Origin: Malacoraja senta
Taxonomy: Eukaryota
Assembly (NCBI GenBank): GCA_038087875.1
Contig: CM075985.1
Location: 6,138,001-6,202,000, forward strand
DNA: 64,000 nucleotides
Direction of reading: 5' to 3'
Under the pieces are notes generated by a model, which worked only from the letters and a program-made list of their open reading frames with translations, made no database searches and had not been told where the DNA came from. Shown here one piece after another: positions 61,144-64,000 of this stretch. A program made the position numbers and the translations under genes. Position 1 is the first letter of the stretch, and every line of letters starts with the position of its first letter.

Positions 61144-63471
61144 TCTAAAGTTAAAAAAACTTAGTATATATGTGGAAAAACTGATAGTTTTCTAATCCTA
61201 ACCAGAAAAACCACCCTATTTATTTATCTATATGAAAATTGATTCAGTTAGAAATATCAATATTTATAAATAGGGCCCCAGAAATGCTTCAGGATACTTA
61301 AACATGTTGAAGGAAACCTGCAGAAGCCACCTGTGCCAATTTTGGTTGAGACTTTGGGTAATCCATCATGTACTATTGAATTAACAATGCCAGGCCTTGC
61401 ATGCACAAAACTTGTTGTTGTCCTAAAGTCACGGGCCATGTGCGACTTTGGCTCTACAATCAAGACTCCACTGCCAGTTTCCAGCACAATGGCAGCTTTA
61501 TAGCATTTTTTTCCTCGAATGAAGTGAGGAATTATGTGATTCAATCAACAGCACAATTGGCCTCTGCCATTTTGAAGGTAGCAAAGACGCACAGGAAATA
61601 AAGAAGAGGTATGTGATGCAATCATGCCTGGCCACCTAGCATGCTGCTACTGCACTGACTATATATGTTGGGTTTGGGTCACCAGTGCTGTATCTTGCCC
61701 GCCTGGCTCTGTATTTTATACAGAACCAAATCATTTGCATGAAAAGAAGGTAACTTTCTGATGTTGACTATTCAGGATTTCAGAAGTACCTTTTGGTATT
61801 TCAACCAACAGATGAATAGCATGTTTGAGATGTTTATATTAACAGTGATAGTTAGGTTGGGTATGAGGAAAGAATGATGTCAGAGTTCAGTTTTGCTTAT
61901 AGTTTTAAACCCAAGAATCCCACTGTGATGTAACACTTGGACGCCATACATGCAAATGGATTCCACATGTAAAAATATTTCCAAGTGAACAACATTAATA
62001 TATAAAAGCTGGACACAAAATGCTGGAGAAACTCAGCGGGTGAGGCAGCATCTGTGGAGAGAAAGAATGGGTGACGTTTCAGGTCGAGATCCTTTTAATA
62101 TATCCTTGTCCCCTTGTTGAATGATTTAAATGTCGTATTCATAAGCACAAATGATTGCAATAAAGGGGCTCCACTGAACATTTACTCAGATGTTTTATAA
62201 TTCTTGACATGAGATTAATCTTGACATTTATATGATTTTTTTAAAAATGTTTTCTTGCATGCAATAGCATTTAAAAGCACTTAACTCTCCTCAAATCCCA
62301 ATGTTTCATGCTGTCAGTTTCTATGTCCTTTGCTGATCTATGGGAGGGAGCAAGCTGCCAAAACAGGAGGATATTTATTACAAGAGATTTCTATGAACAG
62401 ATGCCATCGCTTCAGGGGCTTGTGCTGTGTGACTGCATAGTTTAATTGCTGGTGAAAATGCCACTGATCTTAATGCTGTTGAACACCATTTGGCTATTGG
62501 GTCTCAAAAATGCTGGAATCTTCCAGCATATATATCAGCAGCCCATTCTTGCAACTTGTTTGTAACTGCATGTTTAAATGTCGCACTGTAGATTGTAGAT
62601 ATTGCTCTAATTGGTAAACTGTTAAGATGCAAAAGAATTGTTTGCAAGGCAATCTGATTTTTATTATTCGGGGTATTTTAGGAGTCTATTTGACAATAAG
62701 CTGTTCAGCAAATTTGACAGCTGACTAGACCTACTGGAAGAAGGGACTCCAAGTGATTGGTATTCTTTACATAGGATATGTGCACAGAAACAGACCATTT
62801 GCATTAATTAGTGCACGCTGACATTTATGCTCCATTAGAATCTGCTATTGTCTTGTCTCGTTCACATCTATCAGTGTAATCCTCGCTCAGAATGTACATC
62901 CAACTCGATCCAAAACTGACGTATGTTTGGATCCTCTGGGCTCAAGTCAGCTAACTGAGCTCTATTACGCCATAGATATATACAGAACACTGATCAAACA
63001 TTTCTTCCCCTTCAAAGAGGCATATTCTTGAATCGGCTCTTTTGTTATCTTCGTACTCAAATATTTTGACATTCTTCAGGCTGGCCCATCTATTCATTTC
63101 AACCTTGTGTTGTCTGCATCTGATAACGTGCTGTGACTCTGGTGTATGCTGGCTTCCAGTCCAACAGCATGCTGATTTTACGATATTCAAACTCTTCATC
63201 ACTTTGTTGATTTTTTTTCTGCACAGAGTAACATATGAAACAGGTGCAGGAACATGGGCAGGGCAGGGGTGCGCATGGGTACGTTGAGCCGAAGGGCCTA
63301 TTTCCATGCCATAACTCTGTGAGGAGCAAAGGGGCATGTGGCAGTTTCAGCCTGTTTTCTTAGGTTTAGGTTTATTTTTGTCACGTGCACCGATGTATGG
63401 TGAAAAACTTAATTTTGCATGCTATCCAATCTGCTATACCACTATAAATAGTGGTGCCACTATATATGGTA

Positions 63472-63787
63472 GGGCGGCCATGCTGGCGCAGCGGTAGAGT
63501 TGCTACCTTACAGCGATCGCAGCGCTGGAGACCCGGGTTCAATCCCGACTACGGGTGCTGTCTGTACGGAGTTTGTATGTTCTCCCCGTGACCACGTGGA
63601 TTTTCTCCGAGATCTTCGGTTTCCTCCCACACTCAAAAGACGTACAGGTATGCAGGTAAATTGGCTTGGTATAAGTGTAAATTGTCCCTAGGACAGTGTG
63701 TAGGATAGTGTTAATGTGCGGGGATCGCTAGTCGGTGCGGACCTGGTGGGCCGAAGGGCCTGTTTCTGCTCTATCTCTAAACTAAAC
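63472..63787 (+). mobile_element. V-SINE (HE1-like), well preserved
   Basis: A box tggcgcagcggtag, B box ggttcaatccc, V core and (aaact) tail. Confidence 0.88.
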
Positions 63788-63847
63788 AAAAAAAAATTGA
63801 GTCAAACTCAAATACATGTCCACCATTAACTATGATCATGTTTAAGA

Positions 63848-64000
63848 AAGAACTGCAGATGCTGGAAAAATCTAAGCTAGACAAAAAATGCTGGAGAAAC
63901 TCAAGCGGGTGAGGCAGCATCTATGGAACGAAGGAATAGGTGACGTTTCGGGTCGAGACCCTTCTTCAGGCTGATGTGTGGGTGGAGGGGGGGTGGGAAG
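63848..64000 (-). mobile_element. Penelope terminal repeat with intact hammerhead core; runs off the window
   Basis: Matches 48428-48570; core at 63940-63970. Confidence 0.85.

Noticed and set aside
62951-63337. 128-aa - strand ORF
   Set aside because: Starts in a CR1/SINE tail; no motif or splice support.
63472-63550. tRNA gene
   Set aside because: The A/B boxes belong to a V-SINE head that runs into the V core; the same applies at 33785, 34755 and 60504.

Overview
Eukaryotic, repeat-rich, AT-rich DNA. The repeat complement (HE1-type V-SINEs, CR1 LINEs, Penelope-like elements) points to a cartilaginous fish, probably a skate or ray; this is an inference. The only host coding sequence I recognise is one 97-bp exon of EXOC4/Sec8 (52989-53085, +; [32 protein letters not shown]), so the rest is most likely two very large EXOC4 introns. 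Main intronic contents: (i) a full-length but defective Gmr1-clade Ty3/gypsy retrotransposon with the unusual PR-IN-RT-RH order, inserted in a CR1 ORF2; (ii) two Penelope-like element bodies and about 15 short copies of their terminal repeat, which carries a minimal hammerhead-ribozyme motif and often forms fold-back palindromes; (iii) a non-autonomous Helitron; (iv) two PIF/Harbinger-type MITEs and a Tigger/pogo-type MITE; (v) a Tc1 remnant; (vi) many CR1, Rex1/Babar and RTE LINE fragments and SINEs, often nested. There are also local duplications and candidate conserved non-coding elements. Most short ORFs in the supplied track are repeat debris. Boundaries of decayed repeats are approximate, and all alignments were done by eye.
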